Of a stretch of DNA of 64,000 nt, positions 1 through 11,675 are shown piece after piece. Positions within the stretch are counted from its first letter, which is position 1. Each line of letters opens with the position of its first letter. A program made the translations under genes and the position numbers. The DNA lies in assembly GCF_018350175.1 (NCBI RefSeq), contig NC_058368.1, forward strand, positions 37,450,001-37,514,000. The letters run 5' to 3'. The notes beneath the pieces are model-generated. The model made no database searches. It saw only the letters and a list, made by a program, of their open reading frames with translations, and was not told the origin of the DNA. This DNA is from Felis catus. Its lineage: Eukaryota.

Positions 1-1734
1 TTCCAAGAAATAACCTGGATTTTTGAATAAAATGTTTGCTTAAATGAAGTGAATTAGCTCATCCTGCTATAGGATATGGAATCCTGAGGCCCTGAAATGC
101 TATCCAACATTCACATGGTCATTGAGAATAGTTGACTTGCTATAGAATCAGGCTCTTTCTGTTTTTATAACAACGTGAATTATTTTAATAGGATTACACA
201 AAGAATTAGTGTACTTACACTGTAAAAGAATTTATTTAAATAGGATTATTCACACTCCTGTAATTTATAATTCTGTACACTAGATTGTCTCCATACATTA
301 TAAAAAGGCAAAGAAAAATTTTTTAATTGGTTGACATTATAAAACTTAATTCCCAGGAAATTGGTGAAGTCTGTTATATTTACTCAACAGATTATCATTA
401 CTTTTCAAGACGTTCATTCAACTTTCATAAAAAATAAATTAAAATTCAAACAATGAAAATATGACTGCATTTATTCTAGAAGTATTGAAGGGATTAATAA
501 TATAACATGGTCCTCAAAGTACAATGAAAATTTTTGATCACATAAAGGAACATCACCTTGCCACATAAATGAGAAAATCTGACGTTGCCAAGTGGTATTT
601 AGGGTGTGGATCGTCACAACTCCCAAAAAAGGGATACTTCTCTGAAAGTTGATTTTTAACAGTTTTTTTTGGAACATGGGACTTATTTCATCATATGACC
701 ATTACTCAATATAGCATTGCAGTGCTCAGATTAGTCAGGGAGAGTTGGTATGTATGTATCAGAAATAGAGAACCAAAAATAGTTTCAACTGTAGGTAGTC
801 AATATGGCCATCATCTTGCTTCTTATGAAACAAAAATGCAAGACTAGTTACATTTTAGAATGCTAGCAATCTGTCTTATACCAGATTAGGTGGTTTCATT
901 AGAGCCCGAGGTTTCTCTTTTAAATACTAATAGACTTTATTTTTAAGAAGAGTTTTAGCTTTCCAGAAAAATTGAGCATATTGTGTACAATGTTCTCATA
1001 TATCCAGTACCCAATCTCCCCTATTATTACCTTAGATTAATACATATTTTATTATAATTAATGAACCAATATGTATACACTGTAATCAACAAAGACCCAT
1101 AGTTTATTCAGATTTTCTGCTTTCTATTTTTTTTTCTTTTCTGTTCCAGAATCCCATCCAGGATACTACAGTATATTTAGATATCATGTTCTATTAGGGT
1201 TCTCATGGCTCTGCCCGTTTTTCAGGCTTTCTTTGTTTTTGACAACCTTAAGAGTTTTGAGGAATGTTAGATACCTTTCAGAATGTCCCTCTACTGGGAT
1301 TTCTCAGATGTTTACAGGGTTTTTTTGGAGGAAGAACACAGGTGTGATGTGCCACTCCCTTCACATTATATCATTCTATCAACATGATTTATGATGAATG
1401 ATGTTGACCTTGATCATCTACCTTGATCTCCACTGTAAATTTATATTCCATCTGCCCCTTCCATACTGTATAATTTGGAAGAAAGTCACTATGTACACTC
1501 CACACTTAAGGGTGGAGTATCTCCATAATTTATTTGGAATTCTCTACATAAATTTATTTTGTTAGATCATTGTTTTATACTTTGGGTTCCAATATTACTC
1601 TGATATTTTTTTGCTCAGATTGCTTCAGCTTTGGCAATTGGGAGCTCTCTGAGTTGCCTCATGTGTCCCTCTGACCTATCTTATCAATGTAGGCTTTAGT
1701 TTTGTTATTTTTATTTTTTTGAGCACCTCCTTTT

Positions 1735-1935
1735 CTTTTTTTTAACGTTTATTTATTTTAGAGAGAGACAGACAGAGCATGAGCAGGGGAGGGGCAGAGA
1801 GAGAAGGAGACACAGAATCCAAAGCAGGCTCCAGGCTCCGAGCTGTCAGCACAGAGCCCAAAACGGGGCTGGAACTCAAAAACCATGAGATCATGACCTG
1901 AGCTGATCATGACCTAACCAGCTGAGCCCCAGATT
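1735..1935 (-). mobile_element. Can-SINE (SINEC_Fc2-like), 5' head rearranged
   Basis: polyT + (GA)n + gacacagaatccaaagcaggctccaggctc body; TSD-like acctcctt on both sides. Confidence 0.9.
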
Positions 1936-2177
1936 ACCTCCTTAATTTCTGACACTATAAAATTACAAGATGCTCCCAACTCATCTTATATATTACCTCC
2001 CCAGTCTTAGAATCAGATATTTCTCTCAAGGAGCCCTGGTTCCTTATATTGGAGAATGATACTGGAAACCAAGTTCTAGATGCCAGGTGTGCTTGTTGCA
2101 ACTGAAATGTTTCTTTTAGGACCTCTTACTGACAGAACAAATACACATATGTGTATATACATCTATAAACATACCTC

Positions 2178-2384
2178 TTTATTCTGTTTTACTTTATTTG
2201 AGAGAGTGAGAGAGCACGTGTGCACCCATGAGTGGGGTGGGGGTGGGGGGCAGGGAGATTCAAAATACCAAACAGGCTCCAACTCAGCATGCAGCTCTAC
2301 TTGGGGCTCCATCCTACGACCCTGGGATCATGACTTGAGCCAAAATCAAGAGTCAGATGCTCAACTAAGTTACCCAGGCATCCC
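2178..2384 (-). mobile_element. Can-SINE (older)
   Basis: gatcatgacttgagccaaaatcaagagtcagatgctcaac...cccaggcatccc antisense head. Confidence 0.85.
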
Positions 2385-2756
2385 GTATATACACATTTCT
2401 ATATGTAACCATCTATATCTATGTTAAGTTAAACAAGAGTTCATACTCATGTCTTCTAGTATAATCCATTTCCACCTGGATCAATATAGCTTCCTCTACC
2501 TGCCGATCTATAAATTCCCACTCCAATAATGAGAAACCTGGTATCTGCTCTCCCCCATTCATATAATTAATCATTCAATTTTAGTATATATGTATACCAG
2601 AATCCTGTGTTAGTTAACCCATTACCCCTGTTAGAAACAAGTTTAATAACTAGAGTATCATGCTTTTGCTTTAAAGTATCATCCTTTTTAAATGAGAATC
2701 CCTTCATTTCAGAAGTTACTTAGGTCAGTACCTCCCCTGCTCCCTCTCAGAGACTC

Positions 2757-2988
2757 TTTTTTTTTTTTTAATGTTTACTTATTTATTTTGAGAGAGAGAG
2801 AGAGAGAGTGAGAGTGAGGGAGGAGCAGAGAGAAAGAGGGAGAGAGAGAATCCCAAGCAGACTCCCTGCTGTGATCACAGAGACCCCTCCCCCCCACCAT
2901 GTGGGGCTCGATTCCATGAACCTTGAGATCACGACCTGAGTGGAAATCTAGAATCAGATGCTTAACCTACTGAGTGACTCACATGCCT
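2757..2988 (-). mobile_element. Can-SINE
   Basis: polyT, (GA)n, gaatcccaagcag body; TSD cagagactcttt/cagggactcttt. Confidence 0.9.
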
Positions 2989-4188
2989 CCCCTCCCCCAC
3001 AGGGACTCTTTTAAAGAAACTTTAGCTATTCCTGGAGTACCAAAGGCACAAAAAAATAGGAAAATACATTTTCACGTTTATATTATGGCCATTGGTAAAG
3101 CAAAATACACTGAAATTAATTGGTTCAAATTCTACGAACACCATGAGAGTCAGAAAATACCATTTTCTCCCCAATTCAAAATATGCTGGAAAATGTTGAC
3201 AGAGAAATTTAGCTTCCACCATGCATTAATTTCTAAGTGTGTTGTGAAAGTATATGAGACTTGAGTTTTTGATTCCCAGTCTATATTTCTACACAGCTAG
3301 AATCACCTGGAAATGTTTTCAATGATACTACAGAGGGTCAATCTAAGACTATTTTACAAATTAAAATTTTGAGTGCATTTCTCCATAGAAATAAAATTAA
3401 AACATGGGAAATGATTTTGAAATAATGCCAGAACAGTATTTTTTCACCAGTATAGAAATCATCAGAGTCAGAATATTAGAAAGGGTGTTTTGTTAGTCTG
3501 TTTTAAAGCAAATTGAACCACAAAGCTTAAACAAATGTGTAAGACATACTAACACACACACACAATTCATGCATTTTTAGAGCTAGCCTGGATATTAAAT
3601 CCATATTTTTAAGATAATCCTATTGAGAAAATGTTGAAAGAATCAACCAATTAATGCATAACTTAATTTTTGACCCAAAAATCTAAGAAGATGCAGTACT
3701 CTGTATGTGGATATTGCTATGTGGAAACAAAAAACAGTTCTGACAACTAAATTTTCATTCTAATAACTTTTTCAGTGTTGAATAAAAATGGCAACAGTGA
3801 AAAATGTTGGTGATGGCAGAATGGCTATTTAGTAATGAATATACAGCAAGGCTACTTTTATTCTAGGCTCCTTGTTTTTCTTCCCTCAAGAAGACTCACC
3901 CCATTCACCTTTTTGTCTTTTCTGCCTAAATAACATCCATCAAATGGGGAAACACAGAGATACTTTTAAAAGAAGGGGACTGTTTTGACTAACAATGGAA
4001 GATGGTCACTCCAGGATTATGCAGAATTAAGAGAAGATCTATAGTATAAATATCATTACTAATGGAAGATAACATCTTTTGCCTTTCCTAAATTTGGGAT
4101 ATACCTTCTGGCTAGGAGATATATCAACATGTACATCCATAGACATTTTCGATGGTGGAAATACAAAGTTAATTAAAAGTAAGATTTT

Positions 4189-4427
4189 GGGGGCACCTGG
4201 GTGGCGCAGTCGGTTAAGCGTCCGACTTCAGCCAGGTCACGATCTCGCGGTCCGTGAGTTCGAGCCCCGCGTCGGGCTCTGGGCTGATGGCTCGGAGCCT
4301 GGAGCCTGTTTCCTATTCTGTGTCTCCCTCTCTCTCTGCCCCTCCCCCGTTCATGCTCTGTCTCTCTCTGTCCCAAAAATAAATAAACGTTGAAAAAAAA
4401 ATTTTTTTTTAATAAAAATAAAAAAAA
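4189..4427 (+). mobile_element. Young feline Can-SINE (SINEC_Fc)
   Basis: Near-consensus A/B box head, (CT)n, AATAAA, A tail; TSD taagatttt on both sides. Confidence 0.97.
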
Positions 4428-4461
4428 TAAGATTTTGCTGTTTTTGTTATTTTAGAACCCA

Positions 4462-4685
4462 CTTTTATTTTATTTTTTCTTAATTAATTAATGAACTTTT
4501 AGAGAGAGGGAGAGCACAAGTGAGGGAGAGGAGCAGAGAAAGAGAAAGAGGGAGAGAGAGAATCTTAAGCAGGCTTCATACTCAGCACAAAACTTGACCC
4601 AGGGCTTGGTCCCACGACCCTCAGATTATGAGCTGAGCCGAAATCAAGAGGTGGGTGCTCAACTGACTAAGCCACCCAGGCACCC
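4462..4685 (-). mobile_element. Can-SINE (older)
   Basis: Antisense body ending gccacccaggcaccc; TSD ttagaacccactttt/ttagaacgcatttt. Confidence 0.9.
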
Positions 4686-4847
4686 TTAGAACGCATTTTT
4701 AAAGTTAATTTTTAGAAAAAAGTTCTCTTGTGAGTGTTATGAAATTCATTTTAGAATTATTAATAAAAATCCTCCTTACAGTTTTACAACCAAGTTTCTG
4801 TATAAGATAGACAACTCATTTCTCAGACACTACTATGGCGCTTTCAG

Positions 4848-5222
4848 AGTATATCATTCAGGATAGGCTGAGTTAGGCTGCTGTAACAAACCAAACTTAA
4901 ATCTGAATGGCTTATTAGAATATAAGCTTATTTCTTACCAACGCTATATATCATATGGGGGTTGGCAGGTGGACTCAATTCTTGGCAGACTTTATGAAGA
5001 TCCAGACCAATGGAGACATTATCTTGATGTATGCTTCTATGATCACCATAGCAAAGAGAAGAGAGAGGAGCTAATTGTACACTGGCTCTTCCATGAAAAA
5101 GTTGTATGTGTTGTTTCTCATCTCATGTCTTGTAACTTCAAAGGAACAGGGGATTACACTCCTGCCATGTTCCCAGAGCAGAAACCAGAAAATAGTGGTT
5201 ACAACACCAGTTCTACCACACT
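4848..5222 (-). mobile_element. MaLR LTR (MLT1J/K-like)
   Basis: caggataggctgagttaggctgctgtaacaaac... and ending ctaccaca, typical antisense MLT1. Confidence 0.65.
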
Positions 5223-5549
5223 GATCAACTAGGTCACATTTTGGAGAGAAGAGAATGGTGGGGACCAATCATGAAGACTCTTCTCTCCTAATTTAATGAA
5301 ATGAAATTTTTAGTTCCAGAATTTATGATTCTCCTTAAAAAATAGAGAAAATACATATAATCTGTATTCTGAAATTCCAAATCCCACATCTTTTCCACTT
5401 AAAAATTTCCCCCTTTTTCTACCTCCTTTGTCACATTTACCCATTGTGACTGATTTCTCTTCCCAAACTGGTTTCTGACCAAGAGAACTGATGGATTAAT
5501 TTGTGTTGATTGGAAAAAAAAAATACAAAGATGCTAAAAGCTATTTTAA

Positions 5550-5770
5550 GAGGCAGCGTATTACCGTGATGACAAGTGTGGTCCCTTGTGTTAGACTTAA
5601 TGAATTCTATTGCTTGTTCTGCCACTTATTTGCAGCGTGAATTTGGATAAGTTGCTAACCCTATCTATGCCTCAGTATCTTCTATAAAATGAGAGAAGAC
5701 TCACTGTGAGTTAAAACATATAAAGTACTTGAAGTTGTGTATAGTATGCCCTAAATTAATGTCAGCCTTG
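5550..5770 (+). mobile_element. MIR SINE remnant
   Basis: ttctgccacttatttgcagcgtgaatttggataagttgctaaccctatctatgcctcagtatcttctataaaatgag matches the MIR core. Confidence 0.75.
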
Positions 5771-6142
5771 TTGGCCTACTGAACTTTTTGATTTAGGAAC
5801 AAATCAGGCTTCCGTGTTTATCTGATAAATAGTTTTACTAGAGTAAGTATTAAAATTGCTGTATTCTAAGTTTTTGGAAGTATTTAAGTATCCAGCAATA
5901 GAATGTGTATTTCTCCCAATTAACTCATATAATGCAACAAAAAAGGCATATTTTATAATTCTTTTGTAAGCTAAAAAAATTTAAAAGATGGATTATTTTT
6001 ATCATTTTATCATTTTATAGATTCAAGCATCCTCAACTGTATATAATATCTTATTGCTGATTGGGTGAATATAATTACAAAACATATATAGAAAATAGCA
6101 TATTTTATTAAGTTAGTTAAATATCTTCCAAGGAATACATAT

Positions 6143-6412
6143 ATTTTTTATTTTAGAGAGAGAGAGAGGGATAGAGTGCTTGCAAGAGTGGGGGAGGGGC
6201 AGAGGTAGAGAGAGAGAGAATCTTTTTTTAAAACTATTTTCTAATTTTTTTTTTTTTGAGAGAGAGAGAGAAAGAGAAAGAGAGAAAGTCTTAAGCAGGC
6301 TTCACACTCAGTTTGGACACCTAATGCAGGACTCAATCCCGTGATCCTGGGATCATTAACTGACCTGAAATCAAGATTGGATGCTCAACAGACTGAACCA
6401 CCTAGGTGCCCC
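6143..6412 (-). mobile_element. Can-SINE with doubled tail segment
   Basis: Two successive polyT+(GA)n blocks, then antisense head ending aggtgcccc; TSD aggaata on both sides. Confidence 0.85.
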
Positions 6413-8160
6413 AGGAATATTTTTCATGTAAAGGAGAATCTACCTATTTTGCTTCCTAAACACCTAACTGTAAGAATTCCAAATTTTGCATCTATAACAT
6501 TTTAGTTAAAATAAAACTAGAAATAGTAAATATATTATAGTTCAATTAAAGGAAACAGCTGACACTTTATGACTTGAAAATTGTAATATTTTAGAAAACT
6601 CAAGATTATTCAATCAATAGTACAATTCAATATGCATATATATTTCAAATTTTCAAAAATATTGCTTCAATTTGCCAAAAGTTAAAATTGTATTGAGTAT
6701 CCAAAACCAAATCCAAATACACATTCACCCAATGAGGATAAATAGCACTTCATTAGATAATTGGCATGTAAGTTGTCCAGAGAAATAGAAACCACTGATG
6801 TTATTTATATATGGATGAATATGCATTTTATTGCATCATATTCAGAACAAAAAGGGACTTGTACTATTACTTGTGATCATCGTTTGTTTTGTGAGCTACA
6901 AATAGCTAATCTAAGTTTTTAGAGTTAAAAAGATTAACGCTAATTATAGTTACTTAATTTGAAAATAAAAATAATAAGGCTATTCAGTAAAATATAGATT
7001 TAAATACATTAAATTTGAAATATTGCTAAGAATGGGCCACATGTGGCTATCTAAAGAATTGCAAATAGTTGTATTCACAAATGGAAAAAAAGACCCATTG
7101 AGTAAATTTTTAAGTGGAAGGGATGTCATTGTCCGGAAGGTAACTTTCAGAATGATGAAATTGATTAATTTACAAAGTAAATGGCAATACATTATATTCT
7201 TTCATAGTTGTCTGCACTATGGGACTTTCACAAATTTGTTTCCATATATTGGCATGCAATAATTCTATTTAATTAAATTCAACTCTGGTCCACACTTATT
7301 ATCGGTTATATGTTATACCTCATTCCCTCCATCATTAATACTCATTATTTTTTACATATTTAATTATTAAAATTGTAGAAATGATGTGAAATTTCATTAT
7401 ATTTGCTTAAAATAATATTAATCACATTAATTTAGAAAATGTAAATTTATAATGTTATTAAACAGAATATGTTTTCAGAATATCAGCAAGAAAACTATAT
7501 TTTCATAGATGTGCTATAATTTGTATTATTTCTAATTTTTAGTTTTATTCCTAGAAATTATAATGTAATATGATTTTTAGGTATTTAAAAGTAGAAGAAG
7601 GCAAAAACAAACCAAAAGAAAAAACCAAAACAAAAAAACACATGAGGGAAGAAACCAAACCATAATTTCTGAAAAATTTCGCTACCAACAGAAAGGAAAA
7701 TTATGATGAAGAAGAAATGCAAATTTATGTATCTTAACAACTACTTATTAATATTTCATGAAAATCTGGTTTAGAGGACAAAGCTCAGTCCCATATCCCA
7801 TTTAATAATTTAAAATCATAATAGTTTATTAAACATGTGCGTGCACACATGCATTTGTGCAGTGGTGTTGAGGAAACAGATTATTTTCTTGCTTTGCTGT
7901 GGAGAATGATAGAGTGTTTCATTAGTTCAGTGTAAATGATCTCTTTTTTAGGGTTTATATTAACATTGCTGCTTATCAGCACCGTGTTCTACTCTATTTA
8001 TTGCAGGCCACAAAGTCTTTTCTGTAGGTTTAAAAAGTAAACTGTAATTTATGTTCTCTGAAAGATAGCAAGGATTTAAAATAATTTACTTGCAATTTGA
8101 TGTGGATTTGCATTTCTAAATATAAAACCAAAAAGTGAAATTTCTTTCTGTATTTCTATT

Positions 8161-8713
8161 TGTAGGGAACGAGGGCAGGCCGCCCCAAAATGTTCGACAT
8201 TGAATATTGATTGTTTCGAATGGAAGCTATGTGGAAACAGCTAGTACAAGGACACTCAGACCCTCCTCTATTCCCCTGAAAGCAGGAAAGAAAACCCCCA
8301 TGTGAAAAATACCCTCCCTGTACTAAGAAGTCAAAAGATATGCTCATCAGTAGAGATAGGGACTTTAAAGTGGAGAAAGCTGTAGAAACAAACCTTTTTT
8401 TTTTTTTTTAATCTAATACCTCTGCCTCCGTGCTGCTTTGAATTCTTTATTAGTTAAACCTTCCAAACACCTGTTTTCTTTATCCTGCCATATCACAAAT
8501 TTATTGCCTCTGTGTCTAAAAGTGTATAAAAACTGGCTGCTTTGGTCATTTCTTTGGGTCTCAATTTCGTTATTGGGCATCTGTGCGCACATAATCAAAT
8601 CCTGGGTTTTTTCTTCTGTTAACCAGTCTCCTATCAGTTTAATTCCTAACCCTGCTAAAAGAACCCTGGCATGGGGGTGTGGTGGGGAGAAGAAAATTTC
8701 TTCCTCTCCTACA
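8161..8713 (+). mobile_element. ERV1-class solo LTR (MER34/carnivore LTR-like)
   Basis: Termini TGTAGG...CCTACA, exact 4-bp TSD TATT (8157-8160, 8714-8717), TATAAAA at ~8525. Confidence 0.9.
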
Positions 8714-9166
8714 TATTTCTACAGAGAGCTGTAGCAGAACAAAGTAATTCTACTTTTCTTAGTAATTATGAAAATATTTAGTTTGTGGATATTCCAATTT
8801 GGTTTTGGCATTTCATGTGTTGTTTTTCCTCCATGTTTTCAAAAAGGAAAGAGAAAATTTGCAACTTACAATTTTGCAGATGGGAATTTTTGCAGAGGTA
8901 CTCTGGGAGCAGTAATTTATCATTGTTAAATCAAATATTACATAAAAGTGGAAATGTATTAGTGCAAAATTAGCCAGGTTTTGTTACACGTCTATCTTGA
9001 TTTATCTGATCATTATCTCTGTCCTTGATTGTTCAGAGGCATTCATGCTGGTTTCCAAACTTGAGAGCAAATAGATAACCAAAGTGTTTCTGTGCATTTC
9101 AAGGTGGAAAATTATTTTCTAATATAAAGTAAAATTTCAGTTAGAATGTAATTCTTTACCCTTTAG

Positions 9167-9347
9167 CAGCACTGCCCACTATAACCTTCTGTGATAATGG
9201 ATATGACATATGTCTGTTGAGCACTTGAAATATGGCCAGTGCAGCCAAGTAAGTGATTTTTAAAATTTATTTGATTTTAATTAATAAAATTTTTGTATTT
9301 AGATAGCTACATGTGAAATGTGTCTACCATGTTAGATAAGATAGCTT
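9167..9347. mobile_element. hAT-Charlie DNA transposon remnant (MER3-like)
   Basis: cagcactgcccactataaccttctgtgataatgga...gagcacttgaaatatggccagtgca. Confidence 0.7.
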
Positions 9348-10561
9348 TGGAGTTTGATTATTACTCTTTTGTTTTATCTAAAATTTAAAAAGAATGTTTT
9401 AATATTTGATCTTCACATGCGATTAGTTTGCTTTACTTTTAATTTTTACACAATTTAATTTACTGTGCAGTTATGATAGAAAGATACAAGCAAGTGAGAA
9501 TTTCTAAGGGCGATGTTTCTGTTTCTCATTTTCTTGGTGTTTTCAGACTTCTGGACCAATCAGCCACAAGTGCCAGTCAGCTGCTCGGTTTGAGGCACTA
9601 AGGTACTTCTTTTGCAAACCTTTCACTATGATCTGGCTCAAGTCCAAAGAGAAATAATGTGGTGATCTCCTGCATAGAGAATTTTCTGGAGAACTCTGGA
9701 CTAATTTGGGAATTCTGGTGAAATTGAAGTCTCCTAATTTAGTAAGTAGAATATGGAAAATCTATCACAGGGGCAGGTAGGAGGGCAGGTGCAAGCTTTG
9801 TCCATGACATTTAAACAATATGACATGGAAGCAATCTTATAAGCATGACTATTGGTCCTATTTGAATTTGAACTTATTATGGAAGAAAATACAGCATAAA
9901 GAGTGTGCAATGATGACCTTAGCTCAGAAAGTCCATTAGTATAGTTTCGAGTTAAAATATAGATACAGAGATAAGTAAAGAAATAAGGTGTAATTAGAGA
10001 ATTGCAGTTTTGTACGTGCAGGGAAATGAAATCAAACAGACTCTAGGGTATTAAGGAACAATGGCACAATCAGAAACAAGAGTATAGCTTTAAGCTATAT
10101 TGAATTGGGTGGGGCAAAACTGGAACAGAAATAAAAGGCCAGAAATTCAATGTTACCTCAGTTACACTTCCTAAACGGGTGGGGTAATTACTCCCAGAGC
10201 AGCATTTCGGGAAAAGATTGAGCTTAATACTTGATGCTTTCATCCACAAGCATGAACACAATAGAATAAAATGTAATCAGTCTTTAGTGTGGGTAATTAA
10301 AAAAAATTTTTTTGTTCAATGTTTTTGTTCTAAGCATAAATTTTGTGTATATAAAAATAGAAGAAAATTAGGAGAGGAATGTAGAATCATGTGGTTGAGG
10401 TGATCATGGTTTGGAAACCAAGGCTACATAGAAATGCTTCAACTTTAGAAAATGGAAGATAATAATTCCTAGTACAATCAAAATAAGGTTAATTATTAAA
10501 TTACAGTTAATTTCTAAAATTAATTGAAAATGTTCAAAAGGATAAATAGAAAATTAAATTC

Positions 10562-10769
10562 TTATTTATTTTAACATTTTAAAAAAATGTTTATTTTTCT
10601 TTGAGACAGAGCATGAGTCGGGTAGGGGCAGAGAGACAGGAGTCCAAAGCAGACTCCAGGCTCTGAGTTGTCAGCACAGAGCTCAATGTGGGGCACAAAC
10701 CCATGAACCACAGGATCGTGACTTGGGCTGCAGTTGAATGTTCAACCGAATGATCCACCCAGGCACTCC
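10562..10769 (-). mobile_element. Can-SINE
   Basis: Antisense body ending ccacccaggcactcc. Confidence 0.9.
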
Positions 10770-10847
10770 TAACAGCATGGTTTTGAATTTCAAGACTGGC
10801 AGTTATAAAGGAAGGCTGAGTATGTAGGTTAAGATTGGCGATTATTT

Positions 10848-11083
10848 GGGGCACCTGAGTGGCTCAGTAAATTAAGTGTCCAACTTCGGCTTAGGTCAAG
10901 ATCTCACAGTTGGTGAATTTGAGCCTCAAGTCCCACATCGGGCTCTGTCTGTGCTGATAGCTCAGAGCCTGGAGCCTGCTTCAGATTCTGTGTCTCCCTC
11001 TCTTTCTGCCCCTTCCCTGCTCACGCTCTCTCTTTCTCTCTCAAAAATAAACAAACAAACATTAAAAAATATTTAAAAAAAAA
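10848..11083 (+). mobile_element. Can-SINE
   Basis: ggggcacctgagtggctcag head, A tail; TSD aagattggc(g/a)att. Confidence 0.92.
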
Positions 11084-11421
11084 GATTGGCAATTGTGTAA
11101 ATGAAAGTACACCAAAAACTCTGAGATTCTAGACATGAAAGGTTAATATTTTGAAATATACATAGAAATATTTAGCAAAGTAATGAAAGAAGGAAAATAA
11201 ATTTGATACCTTATCACTTGTTAGCCAATTATAATACTCTAATAGAAGATATAAAAAATAATTAAGTTCCAAGTTTAGTATTTGTTAATAAAACATATCC
11301 AGATGTCCCCAAGAAGTGTTTTATCAGGTTAGAATCATGCAAAAGCTTACTAACGTACAGAGTTGATATAACTGTGAGGAAATTCTCTGTATACATTGCT
11401 GTTAGAAATGCCCATTACTCA

Positions 11422-11634
11422 GGGCACTTGGGTGGTTCAATTGGTTAAGCATCCGGCTTCAACTCAGGTCATGATCTCACTGTTAGTGGGTTCAAGCCCC
11501 ATGTTGGACTCTCTGCTGACAGCTCAGAGCCTGGAGCCTGCTTCAGATACTATGTCTCCCTCTCTCTGTGCCTCTCTCTCTCTCTCTCTCTCTCTCTCAA
11601 AAACAAATAAACATTAAAAAAAACTTAAAAAAAA
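11422..11634 (+). mobile_element. Can-SINE
   Basis: gggcacttgggtggttcaattggttaagc head, (CT)n, A tail. Confidence 0.92.
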
Positions 11635-11675
11635 TGCAAGTTAGTTGCAAACATTAATGAAGGCAATGCTTTCAA

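Larger units (their letters stand above)
930..2740 (-). mobile_element. Old L1 (L1MC/MD-like) 3' region fragment, interrupted by two SINEs
   Basis: Antisense L1 3'UTR-like text (tagactttattttt..gagttttagctttccagaaaaattgagca; ctgttccagaatcccatccaggatactaca; gagccctggttccttatattggagaatgatactggaaaccaag); subfamily from recalled consensus. Confidence 0.75.

Noticed and set aside
4189..4275. tRNA-like A and B boxes
   Set aside because: tRNA-derived SINE heads followed by (CT)n and A tails, not tRNA genes
4079..4393. Recurrent ORFs such as GAPGWRSRLSVRLQPGHDL and GQRETEHERGRGRERGRHRI (also at 20735, 26297, 39327, 42035, 59162)
   Set aside because: They are translations of Can-SINE sequence, not genes
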